The notes below the pieces were generated by a model. It was not told where the DNA came from and did not search any database. It saw only the letters and a list, made by a program, of their open reading frames with translations. From Pseudomonadota bacterium (GTDB lineage Bacteria; Pseudomonadota; Alphaproteobacteria; Rickettsiales; UBA1997): a stretch of DNA of 64,000 nt. The position numbers were made by a program, and so were the translations under genes. Of the stretch, positions 9,766 through 18,201 are shown in pieces. Position 1 is the first letter of the stretch. Each line of letters opens with the position of its first letter. The DNA is taken from NCBI GenBank assembly GCA_040386195.1, contig JAZKFV010000012.1:64342-128341 (forward strand), read 5' to 3'.

Positions 9766-10053
9766 ATGTCAACCCATTTCCCAAAAAATATTATTTTGAT
9801 AACAGCATTTTTTCTGATTAATGCTGCCGATTGCTTTGCTTGGACGGGCTATGATCACTCCGGAGGATCGGAGATTGAGATTAGTTCTGGCAATTTAGTT
9901 CGCGAAGGTGAAACGATTAAATTTTATGATTGGAATAATGATGAAGATCGCAATGCTGAGGTGAGGGAGGTGGATTATTTGTTTAGCAGCACAAGGTTGG
10001 AAATTTATGATTATATTGAACAAAAAGTTCGGGTGTTTGATATGGATAATTAG
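9766..10053 (+). CDS. Small hypothetical secreted protein
   Basis: 95-aa ORF with an N-terminal hydrophobic signal-like segment (IILITAFFLINAADCFAW). I recognised no family. Confidence 0.4.
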   Translation: MSTHFPKNIILITAFFLINAADCFAWTGYDHSGGSEIEISSGNLVREGETIKFYDWNNDEDRNAEVREVDYLFSSTRLEIYDYIEQKVRVFDMDN

Positions 10054-10195
10054 ATATTTTGAGCGGTTTAATGATTTGCAGAAAATAATTGAGGAAGAAA
10101 AAGATGTGGGTCGATAATTTTTTAGTTATATTTGATGTTTCAAGCCAAACATCATTCAGGTTCGCCATTATATCAACTTAATCAAAACAAAAAAT

Positions 10196-12298
10196 ATGAG
10201 AACAAGCAACAGAATCAATCCTGAAGAAATTAATTATCTAATATATGAAATTTTCATTAATTTAAACGATGCAACAAGAGATCAATGCCGTGAAAGAATG
10301 TTCAATATATTACGAGATAATCCAGAATTTACCTCTTTGAATCCTACGGGAATTATTTTAGGCACGATTGATGGTGAAGAATTTGCTGAGGCAAAAATGC
10401 AAGTGCTGGTTGATGTTTTAACCAACAACAGAACGCTAACTTCTCTTACTATCGATGGTGATGTTGCTGTTACTAGAATATTGCCAATGTTGGCTACAAT
10501 TTTTGCAAATAACCCAACACTCACCTCTCTTTCCTTGGAAAATATTTTGGATAACTTGCCAGCCGAAGCTTATATTCCAGAAGCTCATCCGAATATTATT
10601 GCGCCGGATCTTGCTGAATTATTACGCACAAACAAAACACTTACCAGCCTGCGTCTATTTTCTGTGCCTCAAAATAATCAATATTTTATCCCTCATGATA
10701 GACAGATGGCGCAAATTGTTGAGGCTTTAAGAGAAAATGAGAATACAGCGATTACCAGCCTTAAGTTGGGTAGCGCTAGCATTGGTGATGAAACGATGAC
10801 GGCAATTGCTCATTTTTTAGAAGAAAATAGAACACTTACCGATCTTGATATAAAGCGGGGTAGAATTAGTGATGAGGCGGCAGAATTATTTGTCAGTAGT
10901 TTGGCAGCCAACACAACACTTGCTAATTTTAGTTTGAGCGGAAGTGCGGTAAATAGAAGATTACCCTTGGTTCTGGCCGATGCTTTAAAAACAGGTGCAA
11001 AGCTTTCCCACCTTGATCTGAGTCATAGTGAAATTGATGATGAAGGAGTGCTGGCAATTGCCAATGCTTTAGAAGTAAATTCAGCACTTGCTAGTCTTAA
11101 TCTGAGTTCGAACAGAGCAATTAGTAATCGAGGAGTTTCTGCTCTTGCTGATTCTTTAGAAAAAAATGCAAAACTTACTAGCCTCGACTTAAGTTCAAGC
11201 CACATTGGCGATGAAGGATTTATAGCTATTTCTCGAGCTTTAAGCGCAAATCGCACACTCACCCATCTTTATTTATCGCGTAGCAAACCTAATAATCCAG
11301 GATTACGGGCGCTTGTTGATAGTTTAAACACAAATACAACACTGACTTACCTTGATCTTGCTTTGAATCAAATTAGTGAGGCAGGATTTTTAGATCTTGC
11401 TCAAGTCTTAACAACAAATACTTCGCTTACTCATCTTAATTTGTCTGATAACAGGCTTAGTGATGCAGGAGCCTTGGCTCTTGCTGGCGCTTTAGAAGCG
11501 AACACAACTTTGACTACTCTTGATCTTTCCGGAACTGAAATTAGTAATGTTGGATTGTTGGCAATTGCTAATGCTTTAAAAACAAATACAACTCTTACTC
11601 GCCTAAATCTTTCTGGAAACGAAATTGATAATGAGGGGTTATTTGCACTTGCTCAGGCTATAAGAGTAAATAAAGGGCTTACTGAGCTTGGTTTAGAAGA
11701 TTTGGAAATGGATGATGAAGCGTTGATAGAAATAGCTGCGTCTGTTCTGTTTAATCTGGAATCGGGCATAATAATAAACACATTGCTGGAGGAAGATGGT
11801 ATTGGAGATGAAATGGCAGAACAAGAAGTAATAGAAGAGGAAGATCGTTCTTATCCAATGCGAGATACCAGACAAGTTTTTCGGCATATTCAAGAATCAA
11901 AATCGATGCTTAATATTGCTTTGCAATCATCGCGAGAAGATCATCCATTATCAAAACTACCTTTGGATTTAATAAGGCTAATCAATAATCGTTTAGGCAG
12001 AGAACAATTAAGCGTTAATTCTGAGAATTTACTGGGAAGGATAAATGTTAGAGTTCAAGAATTAATAAATGCCAGAACTCAAGAATTGATAAATGAAGAT
12101 AATCATCAAGAAAATCCCAATGATCAATCAAAAGAAATGTTATCGGAACATCAAGAAATTTCAGATGAAGAAGCAAGCGAACCAAGATCACCATCAAGAT
12201 CTCCTCGGGTTGATTTAAAAAGATCTGCTTCGGCTGCTAGTTTAAAAGAAGCTGGTCAAGAAGATGGAAGAGCTCAGCGAAGTCTTGGCTCAAAGTAA
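10196..12298 (+). CDS. Eukaryote-like ribonuclease-inhibitor (RNI/NLR)-type leucine-rich repeat protein with an acidic, SR-rich C-terminal tail
   Basis: 700-aa ORF. About 14 repeats of 28 aa are of the type L..N..LT.L.LS.N.I.D.G..ALA.A (for example NAKLTSLDLSSSHIGDEGFIAISRALSA, NTSLTHLNLSDNRLSDAGALALAGALEA). The tail contains EPRSPSRSPRVDLKRSASAASLKE. Confidence 0.8.
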   Translation: MRTSNRINPEEINYLIYEIFINLNDATRDQCRERMFNILRDNPEFTSLNPTGIILGTIDGEEFAEAKMQVLVDVLTNNRTLTSLTIDGDVAVTRILPMLATIFANNPTLTSLSLENILDNLPAEAYIPEAHPNIIAPDLAELLRTNKTLTSLRLFSVPQNNQYFIPHDRQMAQIVEALRENENTAITSLKLGSASIGDETMTAIAHFLEENRTLTDLDIKRGRISDEAAELFVSSLAANTTLANFSLSGSAVNRRLPLVLADALKTGAKLSHLDLSHSEIDDEGVLAIANALEVNSALASLNLSSNRAISNRGVSALADSLEKNAKLTSLDLSSSHIGDEGFIAISRALSANRTLTHLYLSRSKPNNPGLRALVDSLNTNTTLTYLDLALNQISEAGFLDLAQVLTTNTSLTHLNLSDNRLSDAGALALAGALEANTTLTTLDLSGTEISNVGLLAIANALKTNTTLTRLNLSGNEIDNEGLFALAQAIRVNKGLTELGLEDLEMDDEALIEIAASVLFNLESGIIINTLLEEDGIGDEMAEQEVIEEEDRSYPMRDTRQVFRHIQESKSMLNIALQSSREDHPLSKLPLDLIRLINNRLGREQLSVNSENLLGRINVRVQELINARTQELINEDNHQENPNDQSKEMLSEHQEISDEEASEPRSPSRSPRVDLKRSASAASLKEAGQEDGRAQRSLGSK

Positions 12299-12415
12299 CA
12301 TTCTGGCTTTAAAACAGAACATTATTTTTGGTAATATTGTTTGTGGGGATCCTGCCTGCTTAAATGACAAAAGAATAGAGGTTTGGTATTCTCGGGTTGG
12401 TTTTATAAATGGATT

Positions 12416-15400
12416 TTAAAACCCAAAATCCCCATCACTAAAATTAATTTTTCCGATCAAATTAATTACCAAATTATGGCTATCATTGCCGTCGTGATAT
12501 TCAATCACGGTATTTTGGTTTTGATCAAAATGATAACTTAAACCTTGTTCAATCACATTGTCATTTGGATTGGCGTCAAAGCTGATATGATGGTGGGCTA
12601 AATTAAGATTGTGAAGATTGATTTTGTCTTGTCCGCGCTGAAAATCAGCAATCAAATCACGGGCATTAATGGTGGAATCTGAGAAAGAATTAAAATTAAA
12701 AATATCTGCGCCAGCGCCACCAATCAGAAAATCTTGACCTTGATTACCAGTGATTTGATCTGCGCCCAAACCGCCGTTAATCATATTATTATTGGCATCG
12801 CCTGCTAAATTATCGTTGAAGTTAGAGCCGATAATATTTTCAATGTTCAGCAAAATATCACCAGCTGCTGCGCCGCCAATATTGAGATTGGTTTTCAGAT
12901 TCACTACAACAGCCGATGTAGAATCGGTATAAGATGCCGCGTCAATTCCAGCGCCGCCATCAATTTTATCAGCGCCAATTCCACCAATTATTGTATCATT
13001 ACCTTTACCGCCAGACAGAACATTGTTTTTATTATCGCCAACTAGGGTATCGTCAAAATTAGAGCCAGTGATATTTTCAATATTGAGCAACACATCACCC
13101 GCCGCCGCTCCGCCTTTATTGATATTAGTGGCGAGATTGATATTTATTGCTCTCAGAGAATCGACATAAGATGCCGTGTCAATTCCAGCTCCGCCATCAA
13201 TTTTATCAGCGCCAATTCCGCCAATTATTGTATCATTGCCAGCATTACCGTTGATAATATCGCTGCCCAAAGTGCCAAAAATATTATCGTTTCCAGCAGT
13301 GCCGTTAATAACATTACTGACAATATTCAAACTAAAATTTTGTGCTGCCGATAAGCTGCCATCGCTGGCAATAATGGTGATATCCAGATGGCTGGATGTT
13401 GCGGCTGGTGGGGTGCCGGTGAAAGTTTGGTTGCTGGCATTGAAGCTGAGCCAAGCAGGCAAAGCAGCGCCATTGGCGAGTTTGGCGCTGTAACGCAAGG
13501 TTGAATCAACATCACTAAAAATGTTATTTGGCAGTTTGAAGTTAAAATTATTTCCCGCTTGAGCAGTTTGATTATCAAGCTGAATTGCCACTATTGGCGC
13601 GTCGTTAATGGGCACCACATTAATATTGATGGTTTTGGTAATGCTGCCGCCATTGCCATCAATAATGGTATAATTAAAACTGTCGCTACCATTGTAATTA
13701 GCGCCAGGAGTATAGCTGATAGTTTGGCGATTAGTTTGGGGGTTAGTGATAATTCTGGCCGTGCCGTGAGCAGGGCTAGTGATTGAGCCGATTGACAGCA
13801 CATCACCAACATCAATATCGGCAGCCGCCGCCAGAACGTCAATGATTTTAGCAGTATCTTCATTGGTAGCGCTAACAACTAAATTAGCAGTTGGGTTGTG
13901 GTTAATTGATGGTGCAAAAGTAAAATTGCTGGCGCTTAGCTGGGTTTGATTGGGGTTGATAATGTCGATAATTTGCCCATTTGCTAAATTGATCACAGAA
14001 TGACCGGCAGCGTTGGTAATATTGAGGCTGGAAAAATTACGAATATTAGTCAAAGCAGAAAGATCAATTTTTTCATTAGGGTTGCTAAATTCAAAATCAG
14101 TAATTGTGGTTCGGCTGTTATTTGCGGCAGTAATAATAAATTGATCAGCACCCGCGCCGCCAATAATTATATCATTGCCACCGCCGGATTTAATAATGTC
14201 GTTACCCGCACCAGCACTAATTACATCATTGCCGCCCAGAGTAGTGATTTTGTCATCACCACCTTGGGCATCAATGAAATTGTTACCGGTATTTTGAGGA
14301 GTGATAATTTCGCTGAAGTTAGAGCCTTCTGTTTTATTGTAGGTGGTTTGGTTAATTTGTGTGGTTAATTGGGAAGAAAGATTAGGCAATAATGTAGCAA
14401 CTGAATTACCTTTAATGTTTTGAGCAAAATCAACAACTTTTTCGCCCTGAGCATCAAATTTCTGCATAAAAACTCCGTAGCCATCGCCATCTTTGCCACT
14501 ATTAGTCCAGCTTACTACAAAACCACCATCATTAAGAGCTTCTACTGCGGCAAACTGACTATTGCTATCAATCACATTAACCACTCCTAATTTATTGCCA
14601 TTAATATCAAATCTTTGGGTATAAACATTGTAGCTACTATCATTCCAGCTAACTACAAAATTACCATTTTTTAGGGATGTAACTGTTGATGGAATTGAAT
14701 TTTCAAGAAATCTACCGACCACAACTTCCGATCCAACTCGATTGCCGTTAGGATCAAATCTTTGCATCATAATTCCAACATGATTTGGATCACCTAAATT
14801 GCCACCATCATTCCATAAAAGAACGAAGCCGCCGTTATTAAGTGGTGCTAGCGCAGGATTGGTTTTGCTGTCACTATCGTTATTATTAAATGCAATTTCA
14901 GTGCCAATTTTATTGCCATTAGCATCAAATCTTTGCATAAAAATTGTGTTATTATGAGCAGAATTTTGATAATTCTGCCAAGCAACAACAAAGCCACCAT
15001 TATTTAAAGCAGTAATTGCGGGCTTGATTAAGCCAGAACTAATCTGTGTTTCTGAGCCCAATTTATTACCGCTAGCGTCAAATCTTTGCATAAAAACTCC
15101 GGAATTGTTATCCCAGCTAATCACAAAATTACCACTGCTCAATGTTGTAATTGATGGGTGGTAATGAAAATTAGTAATATTGGTATTAACCAGAGTTTCC
15201 GCTCCCAACTTATTGCCATTAACATCAAATCTTTGCATAAAAATTGCAGTGCGCTGATTATAATCTCCAGTCCAGGACATTACAAAACCACCATTGGGTA
15301 AATCAGTGATCGGCAAATAATCATTACTGCTATTATTGCTCACAAAAATTTCTGAGCCCAATTTATTGCCGTTAGCGTCAAATCTTTGCAAATAAGATCC

Positions 15401-16900
15401 TGAGGCATTGCCTTCACTAATCCAGTTAATTACAAATCCTCCATTGCTTAAATGAGTTATTGATTCGTTATATTGATAGCCTTGATTATAAGTATTAACC
15501 TGATTGCGGGCTGGTAAAGAAGTCAATAATCCGATGCCATAATCACCATTGTTAAAATCATTAATCACCACCAAATCAGAACTAGAATCACCAGCTTTAC
15601 CAGAAACAATAGTGAGCCGATTACCGGTCAAATGAAGTTGATACTGACTGCCTTCGATCATCATCTGATAAATTTTATCACCATTAGGATTGCCGCTATT
15701 GGTATGATCAATAATTAACTGTGCCAGACCGCTGATAACCTTACCATTAATCCGAATAACATCATTCTGACCTTGCTTATTTCCCAGCCCATCATCATTA
15801 ATAACATCCCGCCCAAAATTTCCGGAAAAAATATAAGTGTCAGCTCCGGTGCCACCATCTAATGTATCATTTCCATCATCACCATAAAGTTTATCGTTCC
15901 CACCTTCACCAAATATCACATCATTATTGCCATTACCGTGTATCGTATCTTGGGCGTTGGTTGCTCCCCAAATATAGTTGCTGGTGTTGTCTCCGTTTAT
16001 TGTTGCACCAGTTTGGTTTAGGTCGTGTGATCCGCCTAGATTCTGGTTTATATAGTTTATTTTTTGTGCATCGGTAAAGTTTTCTTTGATAAAATATAAA
16101 TCCCAGTAATGAGGATTTTGGTCGTAGGATTTAAAATAATCATAACCGCTACTTGGCCAAGAGGATGCTGTTGAATAGATTTTTGGTTCGCCAGTGGTCG
16201 GATTGAATTGACTCAGGATGCCAAGCATATCATGTTGCTTCAAAGTATAATTGATTAGATAACTGGCCGGAGAAGTTGCTGCTCCAGTTGTTCCGGGATC
16301 AAAGTCAGGATAAATTCTATAATTAATTCCAAAATCGTGAGGATTTGTTGTGTTCACCAAATTTGGTGAGGTCATATAATTAGATATGTTGATACGTGAT
16401 GCTAAATTGGGATTCAAACTATAATTTAAAATCTCATTTGCCATTCCCAAAGTTACTCCGGGGCTATCAAACACAACTGCTTTTGCTCCTGTGCTACCAT
16501 TTTTAAAATCTTCAATGGCACTGAGTTGAGCGAGAACTCCACCTAAAGAATGACCGGTGTAGCTGATGTTGTTCAAATTCAAACCTTCTAGAGTCATTTG
16601 GGCTTTTACTTGTGAGACGAATTGAGTTAGGTCGTTAGTGTATTGGGTGGGGATTTGGTCGAGGGCGAGTTGGAGATCGGCTACGAATAGATCTGTGGAT
16701 AAAAATCCTTCAGTTCCTCTATGAGCAATCACTATTTCACCCGTAGAACGATTAATGTAAGCTTGCCCAGAATAGCCATCAACATTGGTATTTTCTGAAT
16801 CAGATGTTCTATATATTTCCCAACCAGAAGGAAGAAATACTGTTGAATTATGGTATACAAATTTGCTAAATATTGCATAATCGCGAGATGAAATAGTCAT
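12416..16900 (-). CDS. Giant secreted protein: N-terminal class-3 lipase / alpha-beta hydrolase, RTX Ca-binding nonapeptides, roughly 50-aa propeller-like repeats, cadherin/He_PIG-like Ig domains, and a C-terminal RTX block (T1SS-substrate architecture)
   Basis: 1494-aa ORF. It has the nucleophile elbow YTGHSLGGVLAQL and GGxGxD nonapeptides (GNGNNDVIFGEGGNDKLYGDDGNDTLDGGTGAD). About 8 repeats contain (F/I)MQRFDxNGNKLGSE...NGGFVxSW. Further on are VVPINDAPIV and LPAWLSFNASNQTFTGTP. The C-terminus has repeated GNDTIIGGIGADKIDGGAGID and no Cys-rich end. Confidence 0.85.
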   Translation of the reverse strand: MTISSRDYAIFSKFVYHNSTVFLPSGWEIYRTSDSENTNVDGYSGQAYINRSTGEIVIAHRGTEGFLSTDLFVADLQLALDQIPTQYTNDLTQFVSQVKAQMTLEGLNLNNISYTGHSLGGVLAQLSAIEDFKNGSTGAKAVVFDSPGVTLGMANEILNYSLNPNLASRINISNYMTSPNLVNTTNPHDFGINYRIYPDFDPGTTGAATSPASYLINYTLKQHDMLGILSQFNPTTGEPKIYSTASSWPSSGYDYFKSYDQNPHYWDLYFIKENFTDAQKINYINQNLGGSHDLNQTGATINGDNTSNYIWGATNAQDTIHGNGNNDVIFGEGGNDKLYGDDGNDTLDGGTGADTYIFSGNFGRDVINDDGLGNKQGQNDVIRINGKVISGLAQLIIDHTNSGNPNGDKIYQMMIEGSQYQLHLTGNRLTIVSGKAGDSSSDLVVINDFNNGDYGIGLLTSLPARNQVNTYNQGYQYNESITHLSNGGFVINWISEGNASGSYLQRFDANGNKLGSEIFVSNNSSNDYLPITDLPNGGFVMSWTGDYNQRTAIFMQRFDVNGNKLGAETLVNTNITNFHYHPSITTLSSGNFVISWDNNSGVFMQRFDASGNKLGSETQISSGLIKPAITALNNGGFVVAWQNYQNSAHNNTIFMQRFDANGNKIGTEIAFNNNDSDSKTNPALAPLNNGGFVLLWNDGGNLGDPNHVGIMMQRFDPNGNRVGSEVVVGRFLENSIPSTVTSLKNGNFVVSWNDSSYNVYTQRFDINGNKLGVVNVIDSNSQFAAVEALNDGGFVVSWTNSGKDGDGYGVFMQKFDAQGEKVVDFAQNIKGNSVATLLPNLSSQLTTQINQTTYNKTEGSNFSEIITPQNTGNNFIDAQGGDDKITTLGGNDVISAGAGNDIIKSGGGNDIIIGGAGADQFIITAANNSRTTITDFEFSNPNEKIDLSALTNIRNFSSLNITNAAGHSVINLANGQIIDIINPNQTQLSASNFTFAPSINHNPTANLVVSATNEDTAKIIDVLAAAADIDVGDVLSIGSITSPAHGTARIITNPQTNRQTISYTPGANYNGSDSFNYTIIDGNGGSITKTININVVPINDAPIVAIQLDNQTAQAGNNFNFKLPNNIFSDVDSTLRYSAKLANGAALPAWLSFNASNQTFTGTPPAATSSHLDITIIASDGSLSAAQNFSLNIVSNVINGTAGNDNIFGTLGSDIINGNAGNDTIIGGIGADKIDGGAGIDTASYVDSLRAININLATNINKGGAAAGDVLLNIENITGSNFDDTLVGDNKNNVLSGGKGNDTIIGGIGADKIDGGAGIDAASYTDSTSAVVVNLKTNLNIGGAAAGDILLNIENIIGSNFNDNLAGDANNNMINGGLGADQITGNQGQDFLIGGAGADIFNFNSFSDSTINARDLIADFQRGQDKINLHNLNLAHHHISFDANPNDNVIEQGLSYHFDQNQNTVIEYHDGNDSHNLVINLIGKINFSDGDFGF
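14400..15470 (-). repeat. Intragenic tandem repeats of about 150 nt (propeller-blade-like units) inside the lipase-RTX gene
   Basis: The plus-strand motif TCAAATCTTTGCATAAAAA (antisense of FMQRFD) recurs roughly every 150 nt, near 14455, 14600, 14750, 14925, 15075, 15225 and 15375. Confidence 0.8.
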
Positions 16901-16927
16901 AGGTTTAATTGTTTATTGGTTAATAAA

Positions 16928-17284
16928 TTAAAAAAAACTTTTACACAATTCTCCGTTGTGAACGTTACATGCGGCCCAAGTAAGTAAAAAGGCAGACATA
17001 GAAAATACTGTGATCAAAAAGTAGATGATAAGTAATAAGAAGGTCAAAATTTTTGCCACGTAAAACAAAAGGAGTTCATCTTTTTGTAATTTGATATTTT
17101 TCTTACATTTGTTTGTTAGTGCCAAAAAAAATGCCGTTACCAATGAAAACAATAACATTGACGACATGTTATCTAATGTAGATGCAAGAAATAGCATGGA
17201 ACAAATTGAAATAACCCCCACCAAAAACACCTTCCAAAACTTCTCCTCACCTCTCCACGCTTTTGCAAAAAAATTATCTTTCAT
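16928..17284 (-). CDS. Hypothetical small integral membrane protein immediately upstream of the lipase-RTX gene
   Basis: 118-aa ORF with 3-4 hydrophobic segments. It ends 27 nt upstream of the lipase-RTX start on the same strand. I recognised no family. Confidence 0.45.
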   Translation of the reverse strand: MKDNFFAKAWRGEEKFWKVFLVGVISICSMLFLASTLDNMSSMLLFSLVTAFFLALTNKCKKNIKLQKDELLLFYVAKILTFLLLIIYFLITVFSMSAFLLTWAACNVHNGELCKSFF

Positions 17285-17582
17285 ATTTTTATCCTTGTTT
17301 TGTTAATTAGTTAGTATTGTAGTAATCGTTATAAACTGCCCAAGAGCCATTGTTGACGGAGCTTTTAGTGGTTGAATGGTTTTGGTAATTTTTTAATTTA
17401 TTTTTTGTCTGCACTGATTTTTGGTTAGTGGTGAATTAACTTGAAATGATTTTTGAAGATTATTTTTAATAATCAAAACTTCAAGATTTATTGTTATGAA
17501 TTTTCAAATTTATCAAGCTTTGTTTTGAAATTATTAGCTTTGTTGGGAATAATAAGTTGATCGCTTTAAGAGTATTTGGGAG

Positions 17583-18158
17583 TTATTTCTGATATTGTTT
17601 ATGGCGGTTTTTCTTGCGATATTGTTTTGGCTCCTCAAAGGCGCCTTGCCAAACTCCTAATTTTTTATTTTTTGCCTCAATTTCTAAATTTTTTAATTCG
17701 TCATCAGCATCTTTTAAATTATAAATAATCGCCATTCCGTTTTTTACCATTTCATAATTGATGTTAATTTCACCGAGTTTGCAATTGCCTAAAAAGCGTT
17801 GGTAAATATCTTTTTCTTCATAGCTGCACTGGACATTTTTATTGCTGATTAAATTCTTCAAAAAAGCAGTAGAAACTTCGCCGCATAAATATTCAAAATA
17901 ATTTTTATCCAAACATTTTTGTTTAGTTTCTGGCGCGTCAATTAAGATTAAGCGAATGCGGTTTTTGTTGATTTCGATAGTGTCGCCGTCGATGACTCGG
18001 GCGAGGCCAGAGATAATAGTCGTAAGTCGTGAGTCGTAAGTCGTAAGTGGGGGGTTTGATTCTTGATTTTGATTTTTGGTAGCAAAAGAAACCCACCAAA
18101 AAAATAAAGCAAAAAAAAGTATAATTAAAAGAAGAGAAGTATTTTTATATTTCAACAT
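17583..18158 (-). CDS. Secreted staphylococcal-nuclease (SNase/thermonuclease)-like nuclease
   Basis: 191-aa ORF with an N-terminal signal/TM segment (SLLLIILFFALFFWWVSFA). The SNase core motifs are ARVIDGDTIEI...IRLILIDAPE...YQRFLGNC...GMA...KKLGVW. Confidence 0.8.
   Translation of the reverse strand: MLKYKNTSLLLIILFFALFFWWVSFATKNQNQESNPPLTTYDSRLTTIISGLARVIDGDTIEINKNRIRLILIDAPETKQKCLDKNYFEYLCGEVSTAFLKNLISNKNVQCSYEEKDIYQRFLGNCKLGEININYEMVKNGMAIIYNLKDADDELKNLEIEAKNKKLGVWQGAFEEPKQYRKKNRHKQYQK
18018..18048 (+). repeat. Heptanucleotide microsatellite (AGTCGTA)n, about 4.4 units, inside the SNase-like coding sequence
   Basis: Read directly as AGTCGTA AGTCGTG AGTCGTA AGTCGTA AGT, followed by a G6 run (18049-18054). 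On the coding strand it encodes PPLTTYDSRLTTII. Confidence 0.9.
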
Positions 18159-18159
18159 T

Positions 18160-18196
18160 TTACGACTTACAACTTACGACTTACGACTTACGACTA
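18160..18196 (-). repeat. Heptanucleotide microsatellite (AGTCGTA/GTCGTAA)n, about 5 units, inverted copy in the ilvE-nuclease intergenic spacer
   Basis: The plus strand reads TTACGAC TTACAAC TTACGAC TTACGAC TTACGAC TA, the reverse complement of the 18018-18048 array. It ends 1-2 nt before the nuclease ATG (18156-18158). Confidence 0.9.
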
Positions 18197-18201
18197 TTAT
18201 A

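Noticed and set aside
13176-14368. Several 75-122-aa ORFs on both strands inside the lipase-RTX gene, and similar shadow ORFs inside murA, kefB-like, ligA, topA, purF and others
   Set aside because: They are nested in, or antisense to, long ORFs with clear family motifs. Their products are low-complexity reflections of Gly/Asp/Asn-rich repeats. They are treated as non-coding shadows.
18018-18196. Whether the heptamer arrays could be a CRISPR array
   Set aside because: The unit is 7 nt, with no unique spacers between units and no cas genes. It is a microsatellite, not a CRISPR.
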